DNA of 64,000 bases from a virus, in the IMG/VR virus record IMGVR_UViG_3300047554_000303, positions 27,621 to 91,620 of that record. One strand, written 5' to 3'. The notes below the pieces were generated by a model. That model was not told where the DNA came from. It did not search any database and was given only the letters and a program-made list of their open reading frames with translations. Shown piece after piece: positions 15,249 through 24,451 of the stretch (position 1 is the stretch's first letter; each line of letters begins with the position of its first letter). A program made the position numbers and the translations under genes.

Positions 15249-15424
15249 TGAACACCTATGAAGTAACCGTAGTAGAGAAGATTAAACACACTGTTGAGGT
15301 AGAAGCACTCAACGAAGACGAAGCCTTGACCAAAGGCTATGACATTGTCATGAACGGCCCTGAGGATGAGTATGACTCAGAGTCCCAAGGCAGTGCCGAA
15401 TCATACGTACTAAGAATCAACTAA
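15248..15424 (+). CDS. Small acidic protein (DpnD/PcfM-like pattern)
   Basis: YEVTVVE....VEVEA.NEDEA pattern. Confidence 0.6.
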   Translation: MNTYEVTVVEKIKHTVEVEALNEDEALTKGYDIVMNGPEDEYDSESQGSAESYVLRIN

Positions 15425-15445
15425 CACGAAAGAAAAGGAAACCAC

Positions 15446-16846
15446 ATGTACGCAACACTAATCCTTAGCCAGTCCCCGTACGGTGTACGCCAGACTGCTA
15501 TCATCCCTACCACCAACAACGGTGTACGTATCTTGCACAGATGCGGCTTCGGTCGTGGCCTAGCTGCAACTTGGAGCGAAGCTTACCCAGATGCAGAAGC
15601 ACTACAAGAGTATGTACTCAATGCACCTGTGTCACTAGCTATGACTCCAGCTCATGTACGTGACGCTGATGTCATGGCTCGTACTCCTAACAACGTACTG
15701 CAAGCACTAGGTAAGCGACTAGCCACAGCGTTCGTCCCTAGCAACTCCACTCTAGGTGAGCTATTAGACAATGTACTAGCCGCTTGTTCTACTAACCCTG
15801 CATCACTAGCCAAGTATGCACACAAGCAGTCAGTGACTGTGACTGTCCCTTCAGTAGCACCTGCACCACACCCTGTGACAGTGAGCGTCCACTACCCACA
15901 GACTAATGAGGTAGTACAAGAGCAGCTCACTCCGACTGCACCTGTAACCGAAGAGGTAATCAACATGGCTACACCTGCACCACAGCCAGCCACAGTTACT
16001 GTGACTAACCGCTCGCTCAACACCTTGAACATCCCAGACGTTGAGCCGTACTTTGAGCGTTCGTTCGAAGACATCTCTGAGTCACGTATCTATGACTCTG
16101 CACGTAAGAACCAGTGGAATGTACTACTGACTGGTGATGCTGGTACAGGCAAGACATCATCTGCCCGTAACTATGCAGCACAGCGCAAGCTCCCATTCGT
16201 AGTCATCGAATGTACTCAACAGATTGACAACAGCATTACTCAGGGTCGCTTCGTACCTGCTGAGGACGGCACGTCTATCAAGTGGGTGTACTCACAGCTA
16301 GCCACTGCTATCCAGCAGCCTTCGGTCATCTTGCTCAATGAGTTGACCCGTATGTCTCCCAAGTCATCCTCACTGTTCCTTCGCCTCATCTGGGAGCGTG
16401 AGCTATTGATTGAGCCATTCAACGAGGTTATCAAGGTACACCCAGAGTGCTTGTTCATTGCTGATGCCAACGTAGGTAACAACTACAGCGGTACCATGCG
16501 ACAGGACGGCGCACTGCTTGACCGCTTTGCTATCAAGCTTCCGTTCAGTTACGACGCTGAGCTTGAGGCCAAGTTCATCCCGTACCCTGCACTGCTAGGC
16601 TTTGCCACTGGTATCCGTACTGCGACCGAGCTAGGTCAGGAAGACTTCACTGTCCCACTGTCCACTCGTTTGCTACAGACCTTCGTAGCACAAGTCAAGG
16701 AGTTCAGTTGGAGCTTCGCTGTCCAACGTCTGCTGTCCAACTTCCCTACCGACACTGGTGAGCGTGACGCTATCAAGCTTCGTATCGATGCTGACGCACC
16801 ACGTATTGCTCGTGAGTTCGGTGTTGACTTAGCACCTACTGCCTAA
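15446..16846 (+). CDS. MoxR/CbbQ/CobS-like AAA+ ATPase
   Basis: Walker A GDAGTGKT, Walker B ILLNE, ALLDRF. Confidence 0.88.
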   Translation: MYATLILSQSPYGVRQTAIIPTTNNGVRILHRCGFGRGLAATWSEAYPDAEALQEYVLNAPVSLAMTPAHVRDADVMARTPNNVLQALGKRLATAFVPSNSTLGELLDNVLAACSTNPASLAKYAHKQSVTVTVPSVAPAPHPVTVSVHYPQTNEVVQEQLTPTAPVTEEVINMATPAPQPATVTVTNRSLNTLNIPDVEPYFERSFEDISESRIYDSARKNQWNVLLTGDAGTGKTSSARNYAAQRKLPFVVIECTQQIDNSITQGRFVPAEDGTSIKWVYSQLATAIQQPSVILLNELTRMSPKSSSLFLRLIWERELLIEPFNEVIKVHPECLFIADANVGNNYSGTMRQDGALLDRFAIKLPFSYDAELEAKFIPYPALLGFATGIRTATELGQEDFTVPLSTRLLQTFVAQVKEFSWSFAVQRLLSNFPTDTGERDAIKLRIDADAPRIAREFGVDLAPTA

Positions 16847-16872
16847 TCTAGAATAAACCTGAGGAGGTTATT

Positions 16873-18648
16873 GTGGCTATCACCGTATACAACAATCAAG
16901 TAGACAAAGAATCTGTGCAGCGCATCTACGCTGCCAAGTTGCAGCAGAGCTTTGGCAAGTTTGCTCGTGCAATTGCTTTGCGAGACATCTCTGTGTCTAT
17001 CGTCCCGCAACAGAGAGGGCTTCAGCCAGCACCTGCATGGAGCACAGACAACGGTCTGGTAGTTACTTACGACCAGAGCAAAGGGAGTGTGCTTGCTGCA
17101 AACAACCTGCTGCGACTCAAGGGCTTGGTCATTCATGAGCTATCTCACCTATTGTTTACGCCACGTAGTTTGACTGGTCTAGTCAAGTGGGTGCACGCAC
17201 AGAACTACGGCTCCTCGTTCAACATTCTTGAGGACAATCGTATTGAGAACATGATGGTAGCCAAGATGTCTGGTATTGCACCATGGCTAGTACACACTGT
17301 TGCAACAGAGTTACTGGCTGCCAGCAACCCAGACTTGCTTCCGCTTGTATGGGGTCGCAAGTATCTTGACTCCAACATCCGACTGCTTGCTCGTGATGAG
17401 TGGGCTAAGAAGTATGGTGCTGAGAATGCTGCTGAGGTGTGCAAGTATCTGGACAGATACGTACAGCTCAACCTTGGTGACACTAAGAACTACACAGAAG
17501 CACAGGAGATTATTGCTGCGTTCCACACACTGTGTCAGTTGGCTGCTCCCACCTCTTCCCTTCATGGTCAGTCTTCATCTGCTCCTGAGAGCAATGGTGA
17601 GAAGCCTGAGTCACGTAGTGAGCAAGGCAAGCTACTCAAGCAGGTCGACATGTCTGAGCCTGAAGAAGATGAGTCAACTGCTGTGCACACATCCTCTGAC
17701 TCGGAAGACACAGAGGACACTCCATCGTTGACTAAGCAACTACAGCGTGTTGCTGACGAGGCTTATACTGAGGTGTTAGAGGATGTAAAGAACACCATTG
17801 CTAACGTACGTAATGATGACGGTGTTGGCGAGGTACATGACCACGACAATGACAGGGGCAAAGGTAGGAGTGTGGTCAACATGCCGAGCTGGTCTTGGAG
17901 AAAGATTTACCCTTCTGCCGTTAGCATTCAAGCATCACGTAGGTTTGCTAATGAGCTTATCAATCTCAAGGCTGAGCATGACCCAGGTTGGTTGCGCAAG
18001 ACCAGCCAAGGCAAGGTCAATGTTCGACAGTTCATGCAGGGTGCTGACTTTGACGAGATGTTTGACCAGTGGTCTGAGGGCAACCAAGATGTCAGTGACA
18101 TTGAGTGTGTGGTTCTTGTAGACAGCTCTGGTTCAATGCACGACATGCTGACCCCTGCTTACGAAGCTATGTGGACAATCAAGCGTGCACTAGATAGCAT
18201 CAACGCTAGTACAACTGTTATACAGTTTGCTGACATGGGTGGTTGGCTATACAAAGCTGACGAGCGTGCACAGACATACATCAAGACTGCGCCTAGTGGT
18301 GTCGGCGGCTCTACCTACCCGTTCTCTAGTCTCAAAGCTGCCAAAGAAATCCTGACTAACTCTCCACGTGCAATCAAGCTGCTGCTTGTTGTTACTGACG
18401 GTGCATGGGGTAGCCCACAAGCATGCGACCAGTTGATTACTGGTATGCGTACATCGGGAGTACTGACAAGCCTCGTGTTCTTGACTGAACCTTCTGAGAA
18501 CATTCCTTACTACCTCCGCTCAGTTGATGGCGGCATAGCTGTTGACGGACACAAGTGTGAGTTCGTACAACACCTTACCAACCCACTAGAGATTGTTGAC
18601 GTAGCCAAAGCGATTACCAAGCGTGCACAACGTGCGCTTCTTGTATAG
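16873..18648 (+). CDS. CobT-like HExxH plus VWA domain protein
   Basis: IHELSH, NILEDNRIE, MIDAS DSSGS...TDG. Confidence 0.85.
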   Translation: MAITVYNNQVDKESVQRIYAAKLQQSFGKFARAIALRDISVSIVPQQRGLQPAPAWSTDNGLVVTYDQSKGSVLAANNLLRLKGLVIHELSHLLFTPRSLTGLVKWVHAQNYGSSFNILEDNRIENMMVAKMSGIAPWLVHTVATELLAASNPDLLPLVWGRKYLDSNIRLLARDEWAKKYGAENAAEVCKYLDRYVQLNLGDTKNYTEAQEIIAAFHTLCQLAAPTSSLHGQSSSAPESNGEKPESRSEQGKLLKQVDMSEPEEDESTAVHTSSDSEDTEDTPSLTKQLQRVADEAYTEVLEDVKNTIANVRNDDGVGEVHDHDNDRGKGRSVVNMPSWSWRKIYPSAVSIQASRRFANELINLKAEHDPGWLRKTSQGKVNVRQFMQGADFDEMFDQWSEGNQDVSDIECVVLVDSSGSMHDMLTPAYEAMWTIKRALDSINASTTVIQFADMGGWLYKADERAQTYIKTAPSGVGGSTYPFSSLKAAKEILTNSPRAIKLLLVVTDGAWGSPQACDQLITGMRTSGVLTSLVFLTEPSENIPYYLRSVDGGIAVDGHKCEFVQHLTNPLEIVDVAKAITKRAQRALLV

Positions 18649-18660
18649 AGAGGAATACAA

Positions 18661-18804
18661 ATGAATACAGAGCCAGAATACTATTGCATCTTCTGTGAAG
18701 ACTATGTAATGAACATCGACATGGCTATGAAGTGCTTACAATGTGGTGAGTACAAAGGGCTGGTCAAGGTCGGCCCAACACAAACAAATGGAGAGGATAA
18801 CTAA
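18661..18804 (+). CDS. Small zinc-finger protein
   Basis: CIFC...CLQCGEYKG. Confidence 0.65.
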   Translation: MNTEPEYYCIFCEDYVMNIDMAMKCLQCGEYKGLVKVGPTQTNGEDN

Positions 18805-18998
18805 TGAACCGCTATGAAGTACACGTACACGTTGTCTACAAGATAGACGCCGCATCGCTAGAGGATGCCTACCGCAAGATTAACGAGGGTGCCGAGTTCC
18901 CTGTCTTGCCTTACGACGATAATACTTATTGTGACGCTGTTGTTATTACAGACATTAAACAGTTGAGTGAAGCAGAACTATCAGAGGAGACAGTGTGA
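18804..18998 (+). CDS. Hypothetical protein
   Basis: Coupled ORF. Confidence 0.65.
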   Translation: MNRYEVHVHVVYKIDAASLEDAYRKINEGAEFPVLPYDDNTYCDAVVITDIKQLSEAELSEETV

Positions 18999-19288
18999 GC
19001 CTGTATTACGGAGTCAATGGAGAACCAATCACCTTAGAACAATGGGGTGAGATTATGGAGGATGTTGAGCAGAAAGTAGTTAAGCAAGACAGAGTAAATG
19101 GATTACTGGTGTCTACAGTTTGGCTTGGCATGAACCACAACTTCGGAGAAGGAGAGCCTCTTATTTACGAGACCATGGTTTTCCCAGAAGGTAGTTGGGA
19201 AGAGATGTACATGGAAAGGTACACCACCCGTGAGCAAGCAATCGCTGGGCATGAGGTAGCGTTGGAATGGACAAAGGAGCAGAAGTGA
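18995..19288 (+). CDS. Hypothetical protein
   Basis: VSTVWLG.NH...YETMVF...RY.T...A.AGH; ends KEQK. Confidence 0.75.
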   Translation: MSLYYGVNGEPITLEQWGEIMEDVEQKVVKQDRVNGLLVSTVWLGMNHNFGEGEPLIYETMVFPEGSWEEMYMERYTTREQAIAGHEVALEWTKEQK

Positions 19289-19395
19289 GTGAGGCAACTC
19301 AAATGTCAGACGGTCAAGACTGGACTGAACCAATCAAGTTGACCGCCGCTGAGTGGGAGCAGTTGAACGAAGCGTTAGAGGGAGAGCAGAAGTGA
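19285..19395 (+). CDS. 36-aa cassette ORF ending GEQK
   Basis: GTGA coupling at both ends; GGAGAGCAGAAGTGA tail. Confidence 0.55.
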   Translation: MSEATQMSDGQDWTEPIKLTAAEWEQLNEALEGEQK

Positions 19396-19610
19396 GTGTA
19401 GAGAGCATTATCAACAACCCACCAAAGGTATTTACAGAGCCTTGCGAGGCTTGCGGAGTAAGTGAGTTTCAGCTAGGCGTCAGCCACGCAGAAGAACGCA
19501 TTATCAAGTTGCTAGAAAAAGAAGCAAAAGGCTTCAACTTCATTAGAAATTTTTATGCGGAAGCCATAACTAGCGAACTAATTGGCAAAATCAAAGGAGA
19601 GCAGAAGTGA
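19392..19610 (+). CDS. Cassette ORF with ERIIKLLE...IKGEQK module
   Basis: Module shared with 5764-6069. Confidence 0.7.
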   Translation: MSVESIINNPPKVFTEPCEACGVSEFQLGVSHAEERIIKLLEKEAKGFNFIRNFYAEAITSELIGKIKGEQK

Positions 19611-19792
19611 GAGAGACATGGATGGGGTCAGGGGTCAACAGTACAATAAAGCTGTTTCACGTTACCTGCCCAAATTGTGATACCGAATGGGCAGATGATT
19701 TTTATGTAGACGATTGGGGCAATGTAGAAGAAGAGATTAAATGCTACAAATGCAATGAGCCGTTTACGTTTACACATTACAAAGGAGAGTAA
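19607..19792 (+). CDS. Small zinc-ribbon protein
   Basis: CPNC...CYKC. Confidence 0.7.
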   Translation: MRETWMGSGVNSTIKLFHVTCPNCDTEWADDFYVDDWGNVEEEIKCYKCNEPFTFTHYKGE

Positions 19793-19794
19793 GA

Positions 19795-20109
19795 ATGGCA
19801 AGAACGAAAAAACCAGTTGACCGTCAAGCAGTCACTATCATCCAGGTGAAAGACCCTCTGTGTGCTCAGACTGACCCTGAGATGTTCTTCCCGTCCGACA
19901 GCAAGGGAGACGGGTACACCACCACCAAGTACGCAAAGGACATTTGCGCCCAGTGCGATTACACAGTGCAGTGCCTTATTACAGCAATAATGAATAAAGA
20001 AGAGTATGGCATTTGGGGAGGCTCTAGCCCAAGAGACCGCCGAGCTATCAAGACTAGAACTCAGGCAATAACCTTCGTGAAGAAGTTAAAAGACGAACGC
20101 AAGAAGTAG
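19795..20109 (+). CDS. whiB: WhiB-family transcription factor
   Basis: CAQTDPEMFF...C..C.....C...EEYGIWGG. Confidence 0.93.
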   Translation: MARTKKPVDRQAVTIIQVKDPLCAQTDPEMFFPSDSKGDGYTTTKYAKDICAQCDYTVQCLITAIMNKEEYGIWGGSSPRDRRAIKTRTQAITFVKKLKDERKK

Positions 20110-20121
20110 CCCAACACAAAC

Positions 20122-20165
20122 AAAATGCGGGTCCATATGCTTCCATGCTATGGGCCCGCATTGTT
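20122..20165. terminator. Bidirectional terminator between convergent blocks
   Basis: AATGCGGGTCCATA/TATGGGCCCGCATT stem with flanking A and T runs. Confidence 0.75.
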
Positions 20166-20173
20166 ATCTGCTA

Positions 20174-21661
20174 TTAGTCTTCTATAGAAGTCTTTATAAT
20201 TCGGGTGGTTTGCTCCTCATTTAGAGGCTGTTCCATCTCCTTTAAGACGCTTGCTCGGTCACCGAAAATAGCGCTCAAAACACCTCCGCTAGTCTCTCTA
20301 CTAGCAGTGATTTGGACGAACTCTTTATTACTCTCCAAGTCCTTCATGTTTGCTATGAGCTTGAACAATCTGTCCACCTCTTGCGACACGTTCGGGTCAG
20401 CGTAGCCACCGTTCAATTCCTCTGCATACCGCATAAACATTACCCTCTGGCCTTGCATCTCTATTACAGATGTCAATAGGTCTTTGAGCTGTTCCTTAGT
20501 CTTTACCTCTACTGGCAAGTTAAATGCGCACATGTTATCTGGCTTAAATGCAGGGCAATTTGCGGCCACAAAACAGGTATTACACTGCCTTAACGACGCT
20601 TGTTGCGAACGCACTACGGGCACATCTCTGAGGGTATCGTCAGCGTCTACAATCGTCTTAGATTCGAACCCAAAAACAGGTAGATTAACCTTTTCGGAGG
20701 GGTCTCTAGGTTCTACTTTTTTCCGCACTTCCATGTCCCTGTTATTAGAAGGGGTAGTGTCGAAATCCATCAAACCCGTATATAGGGGTCCCTCGTTGTT
20801 ATCTGCTAACATCTCCTCTAATGAGGGCAGTCCACCTTTTATAACACGTAGGTCTGGCTTATTCTTATCCATTTTTGCCTCTAACTGTAGGTACGACCAG
20901 ACTGCAACTTTGGTCGCCTCTGTCGTATCGTCGTTTACGAACTTATCAAAATCTAACCCTGCTTGTGCTACTACGTTCTTATACCGTAGACGAGCTTGGT
21001 CTTTCATTTTCTTTGGGTATCGAACTAGCTTCGTGCCGTCCCATACAATCGTCTCTCCTCGTCGCATGGGCGATGTCCACGCCAGTGTGCTGGCAGTATC
21101 AAATGGAATCTGGCGTAGGTTATCTGGCTTGGCTGTGGCTAGGGCATGAAACTTTACGTCATTCTGCGCCTTGGCATTACGAACTAATCCTGACAACGAC
21201 GTTACCTTTTCTATGGCATCGCCAGGTATCGCTACGTTTGCGTACTCCTGCGCCCAGTCTCTCAATAACAACGTGTTATACGTTTGGTGCCATACAACCC
21301 ACATCTTTGGGTCATTCTGGAATGCGGCTCTGTTCTGGATTATCTTGGGCAGTCCCCAGACTTGGGAATCGAACTCTACCCAACCCTCTATTCTGTCGTA
21401 GTTTAGGGCTACGAACTCCTCGTAGTTTGCGGCATACTCCTCCAGCTCACGCTGTGATAATCCTGCTTTGTCTGCTTGGGTTGCTCCGCTGTCTACCCAC
21501 ACTTTCATGTGGGGCAAAAAATGCTCACCGATTAAATACGCCTTGGTCTTTGGTAAACCTCGTTTACACAATCCCCAGTAATTCAACATCACGTTGGTAA
21601 CACCACTGCGCTCCAACATGGTGCGGTTACTTGGAATCTCTACGCCACCGAAAATAATCAA
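20174..21661 (-). CDS. tRNA-guanine-transglycosylase-like (TGT/DpdA-like) TIM barrel fused to a C-terminal Cys-cluster/helical domain
   Basis: VWVDSGA, FHALA and FDTASTLAW resemble the DSG, H.(L/F)G and DS.SW motifs of phage TGT-like proteins; C-terminal CNTC..NCP..MC. Confidence 0.5.
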   Translation of the reverse strand: MIIFGGVEIPSNRTMLERSGVTNVMLNYWGLCKRGLPKTKAYLIGEHFLPHMKVWVDSGATQADKAGLSQRELEEYAANYEEFVALNYDRIEGWVEFDSQVWGLPKIIQNRAAFQNDPKMWVVWHQTYNTLLLRDWAQEYANVAIPGDAIEKVTSLSGLVRNAKAQNDVKFHALATAKPDNLRQIPFDTASTLAWTSPMRRGETIVWDGTKLVRYPKKMKDQARLRYKNVVAQAGLDFDKFVNDDTTEATKVAVWSYLQLEAKMDKNKPDLRVIKGGLPSLEEMLADNNEGPLYTGLMDFDTTPSNNRDMEVRKKVEPRDPSEKVNLPVFGFESKTIVDADDTLRDVPVVRSQQASLRQCNTCFVAANCPAFKPDNMCAFNLPVEVKTKEQLKDLLTSVIEMQGQRVMFMRYAEELNGGYADPNVSQEVDRLFKLIANMKDLESNKEFVQITASRETSGGVLSAIFGDRASVLKEMEQPLNEEQTTRIIKTSIED

Positions 21662-22149
21662 TCTCCGAACCTCACTGTCTCGGTTCGAATCAACCTCTTA
21701 TCCTGTGTCATCAACGCATTTTGTTTAGAAATGGCTTCTTCAATCTCTGTCCAGGCTCTTACCTTCTTGGGGGCGTCTGGCCTGAACTCTGGCCTTAAAT
21801 ACGTTGGTACACCAAACATCATGCTTGGAATACCCTGCTCAAATGCAAATGCCCATAATGAGGGGTTTGCGGTGATTAATAAATCAATTGGCCCACGGGC
21901 TCTTGCGTGACGAATCTGCCGCTTCTTCAGCTCTTCGCCTTCTAATCCGACTGAACTGTCGATGATGTTATCGAAATCTACTACCTTGTTCTCATCCAAC
22001 CACTGCTTTACACGTGCTGGTGACAACTCTGTAATGAATGTAATTTGGTTATACGCACTCAGTGCGCCCGTGACTAACGCACCCGCGGCAATCGGTTCAT
22101 CATTTCTGAACCCGCGTAGTACTCCGTCTAAATCAACAACAATGTGCAT
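21658..22149 (-). CDS. HAD-superfamily phosphatase-like protein
   Basis: N-terminal VVDLDGVL motif I. Confidence 0.7.
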   Translation of the reverse strand: MHIVVDLDGVLRGFRNDEPIAAGALVTGALSAYNQITFITELSPARVKQWLDENKVVDFDNIIDSSVGLEGEELKKRQIRHARARGPIDLLITANPSLWAFAFEQGIPSMMFGVPTYLRPEFRPDAPKKVRAWTEIEEAISKQNALMTQDKRLIRTETVRFGD

Positions 22150-22152
22150 AAA

Positions 22153-23040
22153 TTAAATACTATTACGGTATAACGCTGCTCGTCGTATTAATGTGCTTGT
22201 ATCTGGCAACTCAACACCATACTGCTTGGTGTCATCCTGGAACTCTTTTATCTTACGCAAAATGTCGATGGCACCGCTGCGCTTGTTGGCTTGCCATCTG
22301 TAATTATTGAAATCATAATAACCTGCACCACCGCTAGAAAACGCTTCTCTACGGTTGCCATGAATCTCCTCAAACAACGCTTCTGCTTGTTGCTTGGCTG
22401 CAGTCATCTTGACCTCTGCATTGCGGCGGTAGGCGTCTGCGTGTGAGTTTTTAACGTCCTGTAATGCGCTGGTAAACCGCATGTGAATCTGGTTTGCGGT
22501 CTTGGCGTCATTATCTGCCACAACATCCCACTCTGGGTTGGACGGGGCGTGCTGTGTAGGGTCTGGAGGAACTGTCCACTCATCGTACTTCAGGTCATAC
22601 GCTGCGTACGGGTTTATACTACGGATGTCTGTAGCGCCTGGATTAACGTAAAATGTCAACTCATACCCGTGCCAGTTGCTGGTCTTTGGCTGCAACTCAG
22701 CACGGAACTTCTCGTTGATGTCCTGTGCAATCTCTTTATCGGTTAAACCAGCGTATTCTGGGTTGGCTTTACGGAATTGAACGGCGTCTACACCAACCAA
22801 ACAATCTAAATCACCTGGACTGCGATGAGCTGACCACTGGTAACTTACTCCTGAACCAGCCAACCATGGGTGTGACCATAATTCAGAATGACGATAATAG
22901 TTTTGGAAAAACGTCTGCAATAACTCTAAAATACTTTGACGAACCCAGTTCTTAATCTTGCGATTTTCAAACAGGGTTGGGTCAAGTGTTGATGACGGCT
23001 CGCTAAAATACGACGTCGAATACTCACCCAGACCAGACAT
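22153..23040 (-). CDS. Pol-beta-superfamily nucleotidyltransferase
   Basis: LAGSGVSY...GDLDCLV (hGS...DxD) and a later acidic residue in YELTFY. Confidence 0.75.
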   Translation of the reverse strand: MSGLGEYSTSYFSEPSSTLDPTLFENRKIKNWVRQSILELLQTFFQNYYRHSELWSHPWLAGSGVSYQWSAHRSPGDLDCLVGVDAVQFRKANPEYAGLTDKEIAQDINEKFRAELQPKTSNWHGYELTFYVNPGATDIRSINPYAAYDLKYDEWTVPPDPTQHAPSNPEWDVVADNDAKTANQIHMRFTSALQDVKNSHADAYRRNAEVKMTAAKQQAEALFEEIHGNRREAFSSGGAGYYDFNNYRWQANKRSGAIDILRKIKEFQDDTKQYGVELPDTSTLIRRAALYRNSI

Positions 23041-23067
23041 ATGTCTAGTTTATAGAGTTATTAGATA

Positions 23068-23352
23068 CTATTCAGTCTTAAAACCACGTTCCTTTAGGGC
23101 GTCTTTTACCCTATCGGACACGCTTGGCTCTGTTGGGTTGATGGCACGCAGCACTGTCTCTGCTACTTTCTGCGCCAAGATGGATGACTCAAACTCATCG
23201 ACAACCTGCTTTGCAGTGGTATACACATCATAGTTATTTACTGGACGCTTAGCCTCAATACCCTCTTTTGGCATCTCTGGGAACGTCAGAATCTTTCCTT
23301 CTTCATCAATAACTGCAATGAAATAGGTCTCTGCTTTAATCGGATTAGTCAT
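23068..23352 (-). CDS. Hypothetical protein
   Basis: ORF track. Confidence 0.7.
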   Translation of the reverse strand: MTNPIKAETYFIAVIDEEGKILTFPEMPKEGIEAKRPVNNYDVYTTAKQVVDEFESSILAQKVAETVLRAINPTEPSVSDRVKDALKERGFKTE

Positions 23353-23905
23353 ACATGCCTCTCATGGCTCGCTTCTTAGTAACTGCTACAGTGTGGAATG
23401 GGCAGAAATGGCACAAATAAACCTTTGGAGCTCCTGAACTTGCGGGGTCTGGTAGTCCCAGCTCCATGCGCTCCTTGGCAGTCTTTGGCAACAACCTCTT
23501 GGCTTCCGACTCGTAGTCAGAACATCCAGGGTCTTTGGGGTATAGGTGGTACTTCCAGCACTCCATGGCGTCTTCTGCAAACGTCATTTTGGTGTCGTAG
23601 AATGACTTGTCTGGGTCTAGCTCGTCAAGTCCAGCGGAACCGCCGCCCTTTAACTGCTTAATAATCTCTTTACGGTGGGCTAGGTTACCCCATGTCTTTA
23701 CAGGGAGTAGAAACATCTTTCCCATGTGACGCTCACCGCTTGGGAACTCATGCTTCTCAAGGGTCAGCTCTAACAGAACGTCAGTCTCTGGAGGCCCGTC
23801 GTGTGGGGGCAGCTCATCAATGGTGTTACATACTAGGCATAAAACCAGTCTAATAACTGGCCCGTCCTTTATGTCTCTAGAACCAATTAGTGGTGCGTCA
23901 GACAT
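23345..23905 (-). CDS. Cys/His zinc-binding hypothetical protein
   Basis: CLVC, C..H...C, CHFCPFH. Confidence 0.7.
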   Translation of the reverse strand: MSDAPLIGSRDIKDGPVIRLVLCLVCNTIDELPPHDGPPETDVLLELTLEKHEFPSGERHMGKMFLLPVKTWGNLAHRKEIIKQLKGGGSAGLDELDPDKSFYDTKMTFAEDAMECWKYHLYPKDPGCSDYESEAKRLLPKTAKERMELGLPDPASSGAPKVYLCHFCPFHTVAVTKKRAMRGMYD

Positions 23906-24198
23906 CAGTTCTTCTTGGCCTTGTTTGCTGCACGAGTAGCGGCGGCTTTCTTAGCGGCCTCAGAACGCTTACGCTTCTTCTCTTCTAGGGCGTCTGCCTC
24001 AGACTTCTCTGCCTCGTAGGTCTCAATTGCACCTGGAAACAGGTCACGCAGTAGGTCTTCTACCTGCTTTTCAACCTCTTCAATGGTTAAAACAGGTGCC
24101 ACTGGTGTTGGGACAACCACTGGGGTTGCCTCTGTGTCGATGTCCATGTCAAGTAAGTCGGGCTTTTTCTTGCCGAACAAGTTTCTCCAAAATCCCAT
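23905..24198 (-). CDS. Hypothetical protein with basic tail
   Basis: RSEAAKKAAATRAANK tail; AAGGAG RBS. Confidence 0.7.
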   Translation of the reverse strand: MGFWRNLFGKKKPDLLDMDIDTEATPVVVPTPVAPVLTIEEVEKQVEDLLRDLFPGAIETYEAEKSEADALEEKKRKRSEAAKKAAATRAANKAKKN

Positions 24199-24235
24199 GT
24201 TATGCTCCTTGTTAGTGGTGGGGTTTTATTCTAGC

Positions 24236-24451
24236 TTACTTTCCTGGGTTTACCTTCTGTGCGTCTGGGAACTCAGATGTTACAAACCCGTATCCGTAGA
24301 ATGGGTGTAGGGACTGACGGTTGTCAAGGGTCAGCTCGTTGCCCTTTACATCTGAACCTAGCTCAGTGTCTGGGCGCATCTTGCGGTACTTACCGTCGGT
24401 AGAACCTTCGTTTAATCCTGCGTTCATGGAACGGCTGGTGTTTACTGCCAT
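24236..24451 (-). CDS. Hypothetical protein
   Basis: Last of a coupled series. Confidence 0.7.
   Translation of the reverse strand: MAVNTSRSMNAGLNEGSTDGKYRKMRPDTELGSDVKGNELTLDNRQSLHPFYGYGFVTSEFPDAQKVNPGK

Noticed and set aside
20205-21600. Long plus-strand ORFs (221 and 241 aa)
   Set aside because: Antisense to the TGT-like gene, with no recognisable motifs
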